From contig CAVQVX010000001.1 in the NCBI GenBank assembly GCA_963717275.1, forward strand, positions 2,131,686-2,195,685: DNA of 64,000 bases. Reading direction: 5' to 3'. The notes under the pieces were generated by a model. It was not told the origin of the DNA, made no database searches, and saw only the letters and a program-made list of their open reading frames with translations. Position 1 is the first letter of the stretch, and every line of letters starts with the position of its first letter. The DNA comes from an uncultured Holophagaceae bacterium. Its GTDB lineage: Bacteria > Acidobacteriota > Holophagae > Holophagales > Holophagaceae. Positions 20,819-31,065 of the stretch are shown piece after piece. The translations under genes were made by a program, and so were the position numbers.

Positions 20819-21349
20819 GTGAAAGAGACCCGAACCCTGATCGCCTACTTCTCGCGAAAGGGCAACAACTACCTGGACGGCAGCATCGTCGACCTGCCGG
20901 TCGGCAACACCGAAGTGGCCGCGAAGATGATCCAGGCCCTGGCCGGCGGCGACCTGTTCCACATCGACACCGTCAAGCCCTACCCCTCGGACTACACCAA
21001 GGCCACCGAGGTCGCCCAGTGGGAACTGAGCCAGAACGCCCGGCCGGCCCTGGCCGGCCAGGTGGACAGCCTCGAGGGCTACGACGTGGTCATCCTCGGC
21101 TACCCCAACTGGTGGGGCACCATGCCGATGGCGGTCTTCACCTTCCTGGAAGCGCACGACTTCGCCGGAAAGACCATCCTTCCGTTCTGCACCCACGAAG
21201 GCAGCGGCCTGGGCCAGAGCGAGCGGGACATCGGGAAGCTTTGCCCCGGCGCCCGCGTCCTGCGGGGGCTTGCGATCCGGGGCGGGAGCGTGCGCAAGGC
21301 GGACAAGGCCATCGCCTCGTGGCTCAAGGAAACCAGAGTGACCGTTTGA
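20819..21349 (+). CDS. Flavodoxin
   Basis: AYFSR..GNT, GYPNWWGTMP, PFCTHEGSG. Confidence 0.9.
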   Translation: MKETRTLIAYFSRKGNNYLDGSIVDLPVGNTEVAAKMIQALAGGDLFHIDTVKPYPSDYTKATEVAQWELSQNARPALAGQVDSLEGYDVVILGYPNWWGTMPMAVFTFLEAHDFAGKTILPFCTHEGSGLGQSERDIGKLCPGARVLRGLAIRGGSVRKADKAIASWLKETRVTV

Positions 21350-21563
21350 CGGGGCCTATCCAGGGCAATCTCGCGGTCGGCAACGGCCGTGCGACCCTGG
21401 TGGACTGGCCCGCCTGGCCGACGTATGACGGGAAGGGGAAAACACGCAGGGCGCAAACCCGGGACCCGCTGGCAACTTTTTGAATCACGCTACACTTGGG
21501 CCAAGCCGGATGCGTTCGGCCCAACCATGGCACCAGCCATGGGTCCCCTCCCGGGAGATGTGC

Positions 21564-22724
21564 ATGTCCCTGCATTTGAACCATCGAGCAGATTTCATCA
21601 CCCAGGCGGAGATCCGGGCCATGTCCATCGAATGCAGCCGGGTTGGCGGCGTCAATCTGGCGCAGGGAGTCTGCGACACGCCTCCCCCGCCGCTGGTGAT
21701 CGAAGCCGCCGCCAAGGCCATGCGGGACGGCTTCAACATCTATACCCGCTTCGACGGCCTGGCTGAACTCCGGCAGGCCATCGCCTACAAGTTCCACCGG
21801 GACATGGGCCTGACGGTGGACCCGGAAAGCCAGATCACGGTCAGCGCAGGGTCCACCGGCGCCTTCTACTGCGCCTGCCTGGCGCTTCTGGAGCCCGGGG
21901 ATGAGGTCATCCTTTTCCAGCCTTACTATGGCTACCACGTGAACACCCTGGCGTCGGTGGAGGCGGTGCCGGTTTATGTGCCGATGCAGGCCCCCGACTG
22001 GACCTTCACCCGGGAAGATCTGGAACGGGTCGTTACCCCACGCACCCGGGGAATCATGGTCTGCACTCCCGGCAACCCGTCCGGCAAAGTGTTCACTCAG
22101 CAGGAACTTGAGATCATCGCCGAATTTGCCACCGTGCATGACATTTTCGTGTTTACCGATGAGATATATGAGTATTTCCTTTTTAATGATCACAAGCACA
22201 TCTCCCCAGCCAATCTTCCCGGCATGGCCGAGCGGACCCTTGTCATCGGCGGATATTCCAAAACTTTCAGCATCACCGGTTGGCGGATCGGCTATTGCAT
22301 CTGCTCGCCGAAGTGGGCGCAGATGATCGGATACATGAACGACCTGGTGTACGTCTGCGCTCCCGCACCCCTGCAGATCGGCGTCGCCCAGGGCATCATG
22401 GATCTGCCCCTTTCCTTCTACTCCGACCTTGGCAAGGAGTACCAAGGCAAGCGGGACCGCATATGCTCCACCCTGGCGAAGGTCGGGCTGACCCCCTCCA
22501 TTCCCGACGGCGCCTATTACGTCCTGGCTGATATTTCCCGCCTGGGCGCTTCCAGTTCAAAGGACGGGGCCATGCAGATCCTGAAGCGGACCGGGGTCGC
22601 ATCCGTGCCGGGCAATTCATTCTTCGCCGATGTCTCCGAACGCAATTTCGTGCGCTTCTGTTTCGGAAAAACCATGAAGGACCTCGACCGTGCCTGCGAA
22701 GCCCTGCTTCGCCTGAACGACTGA
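21564..22724 (+). CDS. Class I/II PLP aminotransferase
   Basis: NLAQG, PGNPSGKV, DEIYE, SKTFSITGWRIG. Confidence 0.92.
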   Translation: MSLHLNHRADFITQAEIRAMSIECSRVGGVNLAQGVCDTPPPPLVIEAAAKAMRDGFNIYTRFDGLAELRQAIAYKFHRDMGLTVDPESQITVSAGSTGAFYCACLALLEPGDEVILFQPYYGYHVNTLASVEAVPVYVPMQAPDWTFTREDLERVVTPRTRGIMVCTPGNPSGKVFTQQELEIIAEFATVHDIFVFTDEIYEYFLFNDHKHISPANLPGMAERTLVIGGYSKTFSITGWRIGYCICSPKWAQMIGYMNDLVYVCAPAPLQIGVAQGIMDLPLSFYSDLGKEYQGKRDRICSTLAKVGLTPSIPDGAYYVLADISRLGASSSKDGAMQILKRTGVASVPGNSFFADVSERNFVRFCFGKTMKDLDRACEALLRLND

Positions 22725-22901
22725 AAACAATCCATAACCCGGTTCGGCCTGCGACTGGAAATGCCGCGACCCGGATCTAGGGAATTTCGCCCTTCGAATT
22801 CATTGGCTTTGCGCGGGAAGCTTGCGTCATGTCATGCTTGGGTCCACCTGGCAAGAGACCTCTAGACAATTCCGTCTAGCGGCAACGCAGAAGGAGGAAT
22901 C

Positions 22902-23709
22902 ATGAGCTTAGGTATTTCTTTTCGTTCCGTCGCGATTGCCGTCACGATTATCGCCGCGGGCCTGATCGCTGGACAATCCGTCGCATATGCGGGCGCTGTC
23001 GAGGACATCCAGAAGGCCGGCTCGTTGAAAGTCGGCGTCTTCGGCGATTTCCCGCCGTTCGCGTCGGTGAGTTCGGACATGAGCCTCCATGGCTACGATG
23101 TCGATGTGGCCCAGATCCTGGCCAAGGACCTGAAGGTCAAGCTCGAACTGGTCACGGTGACCGGCCAGAATCGAATTCCGTACCTTACCGAGCATCGCGT
23201 CAATATCCTGCTGAGCGTCGGCTACAGCGATGAACGCGCGAAAGTGATCGATTACACGGCTGCCTACGCCCCGGACCATATCGCCGTCATCGGCCCCAAG
23301 GCGATCAAGGTTGCAGGCAATGCGGACCTTGCCGACAAGAGCATCGCCGTCAACCGTGGCACGCTTGAAGACACCTCGCTCACCAAGGTCGCGCCTCCGA
23401 GCGCAAAGATCGATCGCTTCGACAATTACAATTCGGTGATCCAGGCCTTCCTTTCCGGCCAGGCGCAGCTCATGGTCGTCGGGAATGACGTCGGATCCGA
23501 GGTGCTGGCCAAGCACGTCGCCCTGGCGCCGGAGCAGAAATACCAGCTCGATGACTTCTCCGGACCACATCGCGCTCAACAAGAACGAACCCGACCTGAA
23601 AAAGCGCCTCGATGCCGCGATCACGAAAATGATCGCTGACGGATCGCTGAACAAGATCTCGATGAAGTGGCTGAGCCGCCCGCTGGATACAAAAGACCTG
23701 AAGGACTAA
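22902..23709 (+). CDS. Polar amino-acid ABC substrate-binding protein; frameshift near 23550
   Basis: Signal peptide, DFPPF..GYDVD..RIPYL; C-terminus DGSLNKISMKWL in shifted frame. Confidence 0.88.
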
Positions 23710-23715
23710 GGGATA

Positions 23716-24384
23716 GTGGGGTACGCACTGGATTTCAGCTGGCTCCGCGGCGCGCTGGGGGTGCTGGCCCAGGGTGCGCTCATGTCGGTCCTCCTGACCG
23801 CCGTGGCCGCCTTCATCGGCCTTTTTCTCAGCATCCTTGGCGCATCGGCCAGGAAAAGCAGATTTCTCCCCGTTCGTTTCCTGGTATCGACCTACGTCGA
23901 ACTGATCCGCAATACGCCGTTCCTGGTGCAACTGTTCTTCATCTACTTCGGGCTGCCGAGCATCGGGATCATGCTGAATCCCATTGTTTCGGCCATCCTC
24001 GCGCTGACGATCAATCTCGCCGCATACGGGATCATGATCGTCGGCGCGGGCCTCGACGCTGTCCCGGTGGGGCAACGTGAGGCGGGCCGCGCCCTCGGCC
24101 TGGGCCCGGTGCATATCTTCGTGAAAATCATCCTGCCTCAGGCCATGAAAGTGATTTTCCCCGCGCTGACCAGCCAGATGGTGATCTCCCTCCTCGACTC
24201 CGCGGTGGTTTCACAGATCGCTGTCCGCGATCTCACCTACGAGGGCGACATGTTGCAGGCGCGAACCTTTCGCGCCTTTGAAACCTATTTTGTCGTGACC
24301 CTGATCTACCTGGCTTTGACGGTATTGCTGAGGCGCACGATGCTCTTCGTCCAGGCGCGCTCGCGGACGGCAGGGGCGCGCTGA
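23716..24384 (+). CDS. Amino-acid ABC permease (HisM/GlnP-like)
   Basis: YVELIRNTPFLVQLFFIYFGLP, GQREAGRALG. Confidence 0.92.
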   Translation: MGYALDFSWLRGALGVLAQGALMSVLLTAVAAFIGLFLSILGASARKSRFLPVRFLVSTYVELIRNTPFLVQLFFIYFGLPSIGIMLNPIVSAILALTINLAAYGIMIVGAGLDAVPVGQREAGRALGLGPVHIFVKIILPQAMKVIFPALTSQMVISLLDSAVVSQIAVRDLTYEGDMLQARTFRAFETYFVVTLIYLALTVLLRRTMLFVQARSRTAGAR

Positions 24385-25031
24385 TGGACTTCACGGTCTG
24401 GGACATCGTCCGCAACCTGCTTCTCGCCGCGCGCTGGACGGCCCTGCTGTCCCTGGCCGCGTTCGTGAACGGCGGGATCGCGGGTCTGATCATCCTGCAA
24501 TTGAGGATCGCCAAAAGACCATGGCTGAACCGGCCGGCGAGGATCTACATCGCCCTGTTCCAGGGGACTCCGTTGCTCATGCAGCTTTTCCTGGTGTTCT
24601 TCGGCCTGCCGCTCCTTGGCATCCAGGTCGAAGCCTGGACCGCCGCGATGATCGGCCTGACGCTGTGCGCCAGCGCGTTTCTCGCCGAGATATGGCGGAG
24701 CGGTGTCGAGGCCGTCCCGAAAGGGCAATGGGAAGCTGGCAGGAGCCTGGGCCTTCAATACATTCAGCTCATGCGGCACGTGATTCTGCCCCAAGCCTTC
24801 CGCATCATCCAGGCTCCCACGGTCGGGTTTCTGGTCCAGATGATCAAGAGCACGGCGGTGACTTCGATCATCGGCTTTGGCGAACTGATGCGCGCGGCAA
24901 ACGCCATCAACAACGCAACCTTCGAACCCTTCCTGGTCTATGGCGTCGGCGCGTTGATCTACTTTGGATTGTGTTTTCCGCTGACGCGTTACTCAAAGTA
25001 CCTGGAGGGCAGGCGCGCAGTGCATTCATAA
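24384..25031 (+). CDS. Amino-acid ABC permease
   Basis: FQGTPLLMQLF, AEIWRSG..GQWEAG..LPQA. Confidence 0.92.
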   Translation: MDFTVWDIVRNLLLAARWTALLSLAAFVNGGIAGLIILQLRIAKRPWLNRPARIYIALFQGTPLLMQLFLVFFGLPLLGIQVEAWTAAMIGLTLCASAFLAEIWRSGVEAVPKGQWEAGRSLGLQYIQLMRHVILPQAFRIIQAPTVGFLVQMIKSTAVTSIIGFGELMRAANAINNATFEPFLVYGVGALIYFGLCFPLTRYSKYLEGRRAVHS

Positions 25032-25035
25032 CGGG

Positions 25036-25941
25036 TTATGGATGCGGCTGATCTCTTCCGTGCAGGATCTCCCGCATGACCTCCCTGGCCGCAGTCGTCA
25101 GATAACGGTCCGGAAGATTGATGATTCCTGGCTTGACGCCGTGCAGGATCCCTTCAAGGTCACGGACCTCAAACCGCTCACGGATGCTCTTGGGGATGAG
25201 ATTCATAGGGAGGATGGCCGCAGCGCGCACCCCGGTGTCCAGGGATCCCAGGATCACACTGATGTCCGGGCTATCCAGAAGGACGTTCGGCGTGATTCCT
25301 TGCCTCCGCAATTCCCGCCAAAGCTGGTCGTGAATACCCTTCCCACCGTGCCAGAGCCTCTGGAGCATCAGCGGGATGCCCTGCAGGACCTTGAGTCCGA
25401 AGGTTCCATCCGGCGACGAAGGGATCAGACCGGTCGGATACACGACGCCGAAATGGACCATCGGGAGCGACTGGACCTCGAATATTTCTTTTGTCGTGGG
25501 GAGCAGAACGATCGCGAAATCAAGGTTCCTGGACTCGACTTGCTCTTCAAGGGTCGCACTGTCCTCCACCAAAATCCGGAACTGCAGCATGGGAAACCGG
25601 GAGGAAATCCTGGGCACCATTTCTGTGAAGTAGGACATGAAGGAAATCGACAGGCCGACGGAGATGCGTCCCTTGACACCGTCCGCTGCGTTCCGGACCT
25701 CCATGGGGATCTCCGTGATCTGGTTAAGCGCCTGCCGCGCCAGATCGTAAAGCACCTTCCCGGCTTCTGTCACCTGCCAGGTGCTCCCCTTCCGGACGAT
25801 GAGATCCACTCCCAGTTCTTCTTCCAACTCATTGAGGCGCGCGCTCAAGGCCGGCTGGGCGACCCCCAGAAATTTCGCGGCCCGGCTGATCTGTCCGCTT
25901 TCGACGATCGTGCAGAAATATGTCAGCCGTTTCGTATCCAA
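25036..25941 (-). CDS. LysR-family regulator (copy 2)
   Basis: Colinear paralog of 14561..15487. Confidence 0.92.
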   Translation of the reverse strand: MDTKRLTYFCTIVESGQISRAAKFLGVAQPALSARLNELEEELGVDLIVRKGSTWQVTEAGKVLYDLARQALNQITEIPMEVRNAADGVKGRISVGLSISFMSYFTEMVPRISSRFPMLQFRILVEDSATLEEQVESRNLDFAIVLLPTTKEIFEVQSLPMVHFGVVYPTGLIPSSPDGTFGLKVLQGIPLMLQRLWHGGKGIHDQLWRELRRQGITPNVLLDSPDISVILGSLDTGVRAAAILPMNLIPKSIRERFEVRDLEGILHGVKPGIINLPDRYLTTAAREVMREILHGRDQPHP

Positions 25942-25982
25942 ATGCCCACCTCCGCCTCAGCAAAGGCGTGCCAAGCCTGCAG

Positions 25983-27323
25983 CTACGCGCCCTTCTTCCT
26001 TCCGAGCTCAGCCATCGGCACGTTGTAGGTTTCGCGGAAGGTCAGCGCGGCGGTCGCCGAGATGAGCGCGGTCACGCACGTGAAGATGGCGACCGCGGTC
26101 CAGCCGCCCGACTTGAACAGGGACGCCGCGATGGCCGGCGCGAACCCGCCCAGCGCGAAGCCGATCTGGGTCCCGATCGCCGTCCCGGAAAGCCGGTAGC
26201 GGGTGTCGAACTGCTCGTTGAACATCGCCGGCCAGATGCCGTTGTTGGCGCTGTAGACGACGCCCGACAGGAGCAGGCCGAGCACGAAGATGAGCGGGAT
26301 GTTCGTGGTCTGGATGGCCCAGAGGAAGGGCCAGATCAGGATCGCGCAGCCGATCGTGCCGAAGATGAAGATCGGCTTGCGCCCGACGCGGTCGGCGATC
26401 GCCGCCCAGGCCGGGATCGCGCCGAGCGCGATGACGTTCGCCAGGACGACCATGGTCAGCATCGTCGCCTTGGCGATGTGCATCACGTTCACGCCGTAGG
26501 ACAGGGTGTAGACCGCGAAAACGGTGCTCACCACGGAGTAGAAGCAGGCGAAGATGATCTTGACCACGCCGCCGGGGTTTTCGCGGAACAGCACGGCGAC
26601 GGGCAGCTTGACCTTGACGGCCTGGGGCGCCTTCTGCGCCGCCTTGAACGCGGGGGTCTCCTCGAGCGAGCGCCGGATCCAGATGCCGACGCCGACGACC
26701 AGGGCGCTGAAGTAGAAGGGGATGCGCCAGCCCCAGCTGAGCAGCGAAGCCTCCGGCATCGCGCCGATGGGCAGGAACACCAGGGTCGCCAGGATCAGGC
26801 CGCCCTGGGTGCCGCTGAGGGTCCAGCTGGTGAAGAAGGCCCGGCGGTGCGCGGGGGCGTGCTCGAGCGACATGGAGTTCGCGCCGGCCTGCTCACCGGC
26901 GGCGGAGAGCCCCTGCAGGAGGCGGCAGACGACCAGGAGGATCGGTGCCAGGATGCCCACCTGCTGGTAGGTCGGGAGGCAGCCCACCAGGAAGGTGGAG
27001 ATGCCCATCAGGATGAGGGTCAGGATGAGCACCTTCTTGCGCCCGTACTTGTCGCCCAGGTGGCCGAGGAAGAATGATCCGATCGGGCGGGCGACGTAGC
27101 CGACCCCGAAGGTGGCGAGCGCGGCGATCGTGCCCACCATGGGATCCTTCGACGGGAAGAACAGCTTGCCGAAGATCAGCGCCGCGGCGGTGCCGTATAC
27201 GAAGAAATCGTAGTATTCGAGCGCGCTGCCGATCCATGCGGCGATGGCGGCCTTCTTCGGAGTCCGGATACCTTCGGGCTCCTGCGAACTTCCGGCCGGA
27301 GGCGTGGCTGGTTCGGCAAGCAT
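25983..27323 (-). CDS. MFS ShiA-like transporter (copy 2)
   Basis: Protein identical to 12938..14278 apart from the first about 12 residues. Confidence 0.93.
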   Translation of the reverse strand: MLAEPATPPAGSSQEPEGIRTPKKAAIAAWIGSALEYYDFFVYGTAAALIFGKLFFPSKDPMVGTIAALATFGVGYVARPIGSFFLGHLGDKYGRKKVLILTLILMGISTFLVGCLPTYQQVGILAPILLVVCRLLQGLSAAGEQAGANSMSLEHAPAHRRAFFTSWTLSGTQGGLILATLVFLPIGAMPEASLLSWGWRIPFYFSALVVGVGIWIRRSLEETPAFKAAQKAPQAVKVKLPVAVLFRENPGGVVKIIFACFYSVVSTVFAVYTLSYGVNVMHIAKATMLTMVVLANVIALGAIPAWAAIADRVGRKPIFIFGTIGCAILIWPFLWAIQTTNIPLIFVLGLLLSGVVYSANNGIWPAMFNEQFDTRYRLSGTAIGTQIGFALGGFAPAIAASLFKSGGWTAVAIFTCVTALISATAALTFRETYNVPMAELGRKKGA

Positions 27324-27532
27324 AGGTCATCCCTTCACGGCCTCGACGGACCGATTGTCATGAGTGGAAACGTTGTTGCAAAGATACAGAGCATCTGCGA
27401 TTCGTCTTGCAGGACACCCCATGGACGGAGAGCAAGGGTATGGCGGTATGAGCAGTTTTGGGAGAACAGGGGTTAGGACTGCAAAGGTAATGGAGTGCTA
27501 GTTTTATAGCACATCAGCTCAAGGCACATGGA

Positions 27533-27569
27533 ATACCGTTATTCTATGCTTTGCATACTCTACCGGTAT
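27533..27569 (-). promoter_or_regulatory. Double LysR-type operator (unit C)
   Basis: ATAC-cgttatt-CTAT and perfect ATAC-tctaccg-GTAT. Confidence 0.75.
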
Positions 27570-27685
27570 ATTCCAAAACACCCGGCGGGCTGTTCGGGGT
27601 GGCGCAATGCCCCGCCCCTTATGGCAGCATGGCATCGGGATTGTCCAGATCACGAAGGGTGGCCTGGAGCGTGTCTCCCATCGCC

Positions 27686-27734
27686 AAAAAGACCTCCCAA
27701 CCACCGGTCCCTCAGAGGGCCGGGGGTTGGGAGG
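27686..27734 (-). terminator. Rho-independent terminator of the SLH/MBL gene
   Basis: CCTCCCAACC..GGTTGGGAGG stem with A5 on the + strand (U-tract on -). Confidence 0.7.
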
Positions 27735-27748
27735 ACCAGGGGAAGCAA

Positions 27749-30107
27749 CTAGATGAGTGCGACTGTCAGGACGTAGGTCTCGACCGTCTTGCCGTCAGCA
27801 GCCGTCACCTTGATGGTGATCGTCTGCCCGTTGGTGACCGCGCTGAACGGGACCGCCGTCTGGGGCAGAACCACATTGCCGTTGACGGTGACCTGCGTCA
27901 CCTTGCTCGACAGCGGCACGGGGGTCAGCGAGAAGGAAGGCGTAGCCGTGGGCACGTTGATGGTGTAGGCGAAAACCCACGGGTTGAACATGTTCGAGTA
28001 GCTGTTCGGGACGGGGGTGGCCGGATACTGCGTAACGCCATCGGACAAGGTCACCTGCGCGTTGGGAGCTGCCCAGGTCACGGTCGTGCCGACCAGGGTG
28101 GCGCCGGTGAGCTCGATGTTGCCGAGAACACCGTACTTGAGGAAGCCGTTGGTCACCGTGTAGTCCTGGGTGGTGGGCGAAGTGTAGTATCCGTTGATCC
28201 CGGCTGCCGCGATGTTGGCAGCATTGCCGCCGCTCAGGTAGGCATAGGGATAGGTTCCGAAGGTGCCGCCGCCGACGCCGACCGCCGCCCAATTGTAGAG
28301 GTCGGTATACATGTCGCCGATGCTGACGATCCGGGTGCCCGGTGCGTCGCTGCCGCGGTTGGTCGGCTGGCAAGCCGCTTCACCCATGTCCACGACGTTC
28401 TGGAAAACCTGCCGAAACAGGACTTCGCGGGTAGCGGGGAGCGGAGACTCGTCGTGGCCGGTGAAGACCATGGTGACCTTGCCGCCGTTCTGGCTGTACT
28501 GGTAGGCGGTCTGCTGCATGATGGACTGGAGGATGTCCATCCGGGCGCCGGTCAGGGCGACGTTGTCAGCCGTGCCACAGCGGGTGCAGCCGTAGAAATC
28601 GGTGGAGAACAGGTAGCCGCTCACCTTGTCGTGGAGCATCACCAGGGAGTTCTCGTGCCCGGGGACCGCGTAGACATTGAAGTTGAGCGGCACGGCGGCG
28701 GTCCCGATGCTGATCACGTTGCCGGTATCAATGTTGTTCACCTGCTTGATGTTGTCAGGCGTCGCGAGCTGGGGGGCGAGGGCGGCCCAGCTGCGGGAGT
28801 TTGCGTAGACCGTGCAGCCCGCGGTGAGGAAGTTCTGGGTCTGCGCGTAGTGATCCACGTGCGCGTGCCCGACGACGAGCGCGATCGGCTTGCTGGCAGG
28901 CACCAGCGACCTGGCCATGTCGTAGAGTGTGCCGTTCGTCTGGTTGGGGTCGTTCCATACGGTCTGCAGGGCGTCCATGACGACCGCGGAGCCCGGGCCC
29001 TCGATGACCCAGCTGCATGCGCGGACCGACTCATAGTCGCTGTTGATGCGGGTGACCTTCGGGGTGATCGGACCCTTGGTCGGGTCGAAGTTGCCCGGGA
29101 AGATGGCGGCGGGCTTGTAGACCGAGGTCCAGGGGCGGTAGAGGTTCCAGTGGAAGGTGCGCACCGGGCTGATCGCGAGGCCGTCCTTCACGGCCACGGT
29201 CTTCCAGGTCACCTCGCGGTAGGGCTGGGGGCCCCAGGCGCCGGAACGCTGGCCGACCAGTTCCTGGGGGCGTCCGGTGGCGGCGAGATTGTAGACCTGC
29301 CGGGTGGGAGAGGTGGTCGGATCGGTAAGGTCGGTCGTGTAATAGATGGTGGCACCCGGTGTCGTCGTGGCCAGGTAGATGAAACGGCGCGGAGAGTAGT
29401 TCCCGTCGGCCAGCATCGCGTTGATGGTGGCGGCGGGCACGGTGGGCGAGGTGGTCGTCGCGCCGGCGCCTTCGGGCAGCATCGTGAGGTACGACGCGGA
29501 CTGCTTCGGCATCGCCTGGACGACCACCGCCGAGTTCGCCTCGATGTTGCTGATGACCGCCTGGGTCTCGGCGATGGTGATGGCCGCGGTGGGCGCGAAG
29601 GTGGTGGCGGTGCGGCCGGGCATGTAGCCGGCCTTGACCAGCGCGGCGACGCTGAGCTGGTCGGCGGTGGCGATCGAGCTGAGGTCGGTGAAGCCGCTGA
29701 GGGCGCTGGTGTCTGCGGGCAGCGGGAGGAAGAAGGCCTTGGCGAAGATGACCGCGGCGTCCTGGCGGGTCATGGCCTGGGCGGGATTGAAGTTGCCGCT
29801 CGCGTCCGGGGCGATGATGTTTTCCTCGGTACGCGTTCTCGATCTCCTTGCCGTAAGGGTCGGTCAACGCCACGTCGGCGAAGGTCCGGTCGGGCACCTT
29901 CCAGATGTCGTTGTACTGGGACTGGTGGGGCCAGTTGAAGTAGTCCGAGACCGCCCCGACGAACGCGGCTCGGGATTCCTCGCCCGCCGCCGGCATGAGG
30001 GGCCCAGCTGAGGATCCACCTGACGAAGTGCACCCGAGTGTGAACAGGGTTGTGGCAACCATCGCGGCAGCCATGGCCGTGTATTTCAAGTAGCAGTTTC
30101 TCTTCAC
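27749..30107 (-). CDS. Lipoprotein: SLH repeats, chitobiase/Fn3-like domain, metallo-beta-lactamase-fold hydrolase, cadherin-like domain; frameshift near 29830
   Basis: Lipobox TLGC; FADV..FNPAQAMTRQDAA and FTD..GYMPG..FAP..IT (SLH); GATIYYTTD; HAHVDH, PGH, STD, GHD; ITIKVTAADG..ETY. Confidence 0.8.
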
Positions 30108-30291
30108 TGAACCCTCCTTGGCCGCATCAACGGACCGGATGTTGTCCTGCTCTCACCTGGCAACAGAACAGAGTGGGACCGACTGCTGGCCGCAAAGGCA
30201 GCAGAACGCTATTGCATCCCTAGAGGCACAGCCCCCGAGACTCGGAACTCAAGGAATTGGATTGACTGAAATGTATCCTCTGAGTTCAAGA

Positions 30292-30496
30292 AGCAAAAAT
30301 ACCAAATTCGTATGCTGCTTATAACAAAATGATATATACAGATTCATTAGCCAGGTCGGTATCATTTCAACGGTAAAATACCAAATACCAAATTTATATA
30401 TTTCTTATAACAAAATGAAATACCAAAAACCTTCTGGAATAACCAATCCAAGCAAAATACCAAAATATTATGCCATCCATAACAAAACAATATATA
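30292..30496. repeat. Three tandem copies of a roughly 45-bp AT-rich double LysR operator unit
   Basis: ATACCAAA..TAT-N7-ATAACAAAA..A(T/A)AT at 30299, 30385, 30457. Confidence 0.75.
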
Positions 30497-30558
30497 TCGT
30501 GAAAATAGACAACAATTTTGATGGTCACGGTCGGCGCTGACCTATTACCATCGATGCC

Positions 30559-31059
30559 ATGATCCCTCCCAGCCCCCGATTCCATTCTCGCCTTCGCCTT
30601 CTCATGCTGGCTGGTTGCCTGGCCATGGGGCATGTGTCGGCCGCCACTCCGGCAGCCGGGCCGAGCTGCCTGCCCACCTCGTTCAAGGTCCTGTCGGGGT
30701 TCGAAATCTCCCAAGCCTTCCTCAAGGCCAAGCAGGGGCATGTGCTGGAGAACGTCCCGGCATCGATCCGCCAGATGGATGGCAAGGAAGTGTCCGTCAC
30801 CGGGTTCATGCTGCCCGTCCAGATCAAGGACAAGCTGACCACCCAGTTCATGCTGATGCGCAACCAGAACACCTGCTGCTTCGGCATTCCTCCGGAACTG
30901 CACGAGGTGGTGGAGGTGGTCAAACTCAAAACCCCCGCCAAGGTGACCATGGATACCCCCGTGACCGTCGTCGGCCGCCTGCATGTGAAGGATCGCTGGG
31001 AAGGCGATTTCCTCTGCTCCATCTATCAGATGGAAGCCGAATCCGTCACGGCGGAGTGA
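30559..31059 (+). CDS. DUF3299-like secreted protein
   Basis: Signal peptide; DGKEVSVTGFMLP..FML..CCFG.PP..VTVVGRL..IYQM. Confidence 0.75.
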   Translation: MIPPSPRFHSRLRLLMLAGCLAMGHVSAATPAAGPSCLPTSFKVLSGFEISQAFLKAKQGHVLENVPASIRQMDGKEVSVTGFMLPVQIKDKLTTQFMLMRNQNTCCFGIPPELHEVVEVVKLKTPAKVTMDTPVTVVGRLHVKDRWEGDFLCSIYQMEAESVTAE

Positions 31060-31065
31060 AGCGGG

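Noticed and set aside
27749-30107. Antibiotic-resistance metallo-beta-lactamase
   Set aside because: HxHxDH is shared across the whole MBL superfamily; architecture and regulation point to catabolism, and nothing specific supports beta-lactam activity
30292-30496. CRISPR array or iterons
   Set aside because: Repeats are degenerate with unequal spacing, no cas or rep gene is present, and they match the LysR box found at other promoters
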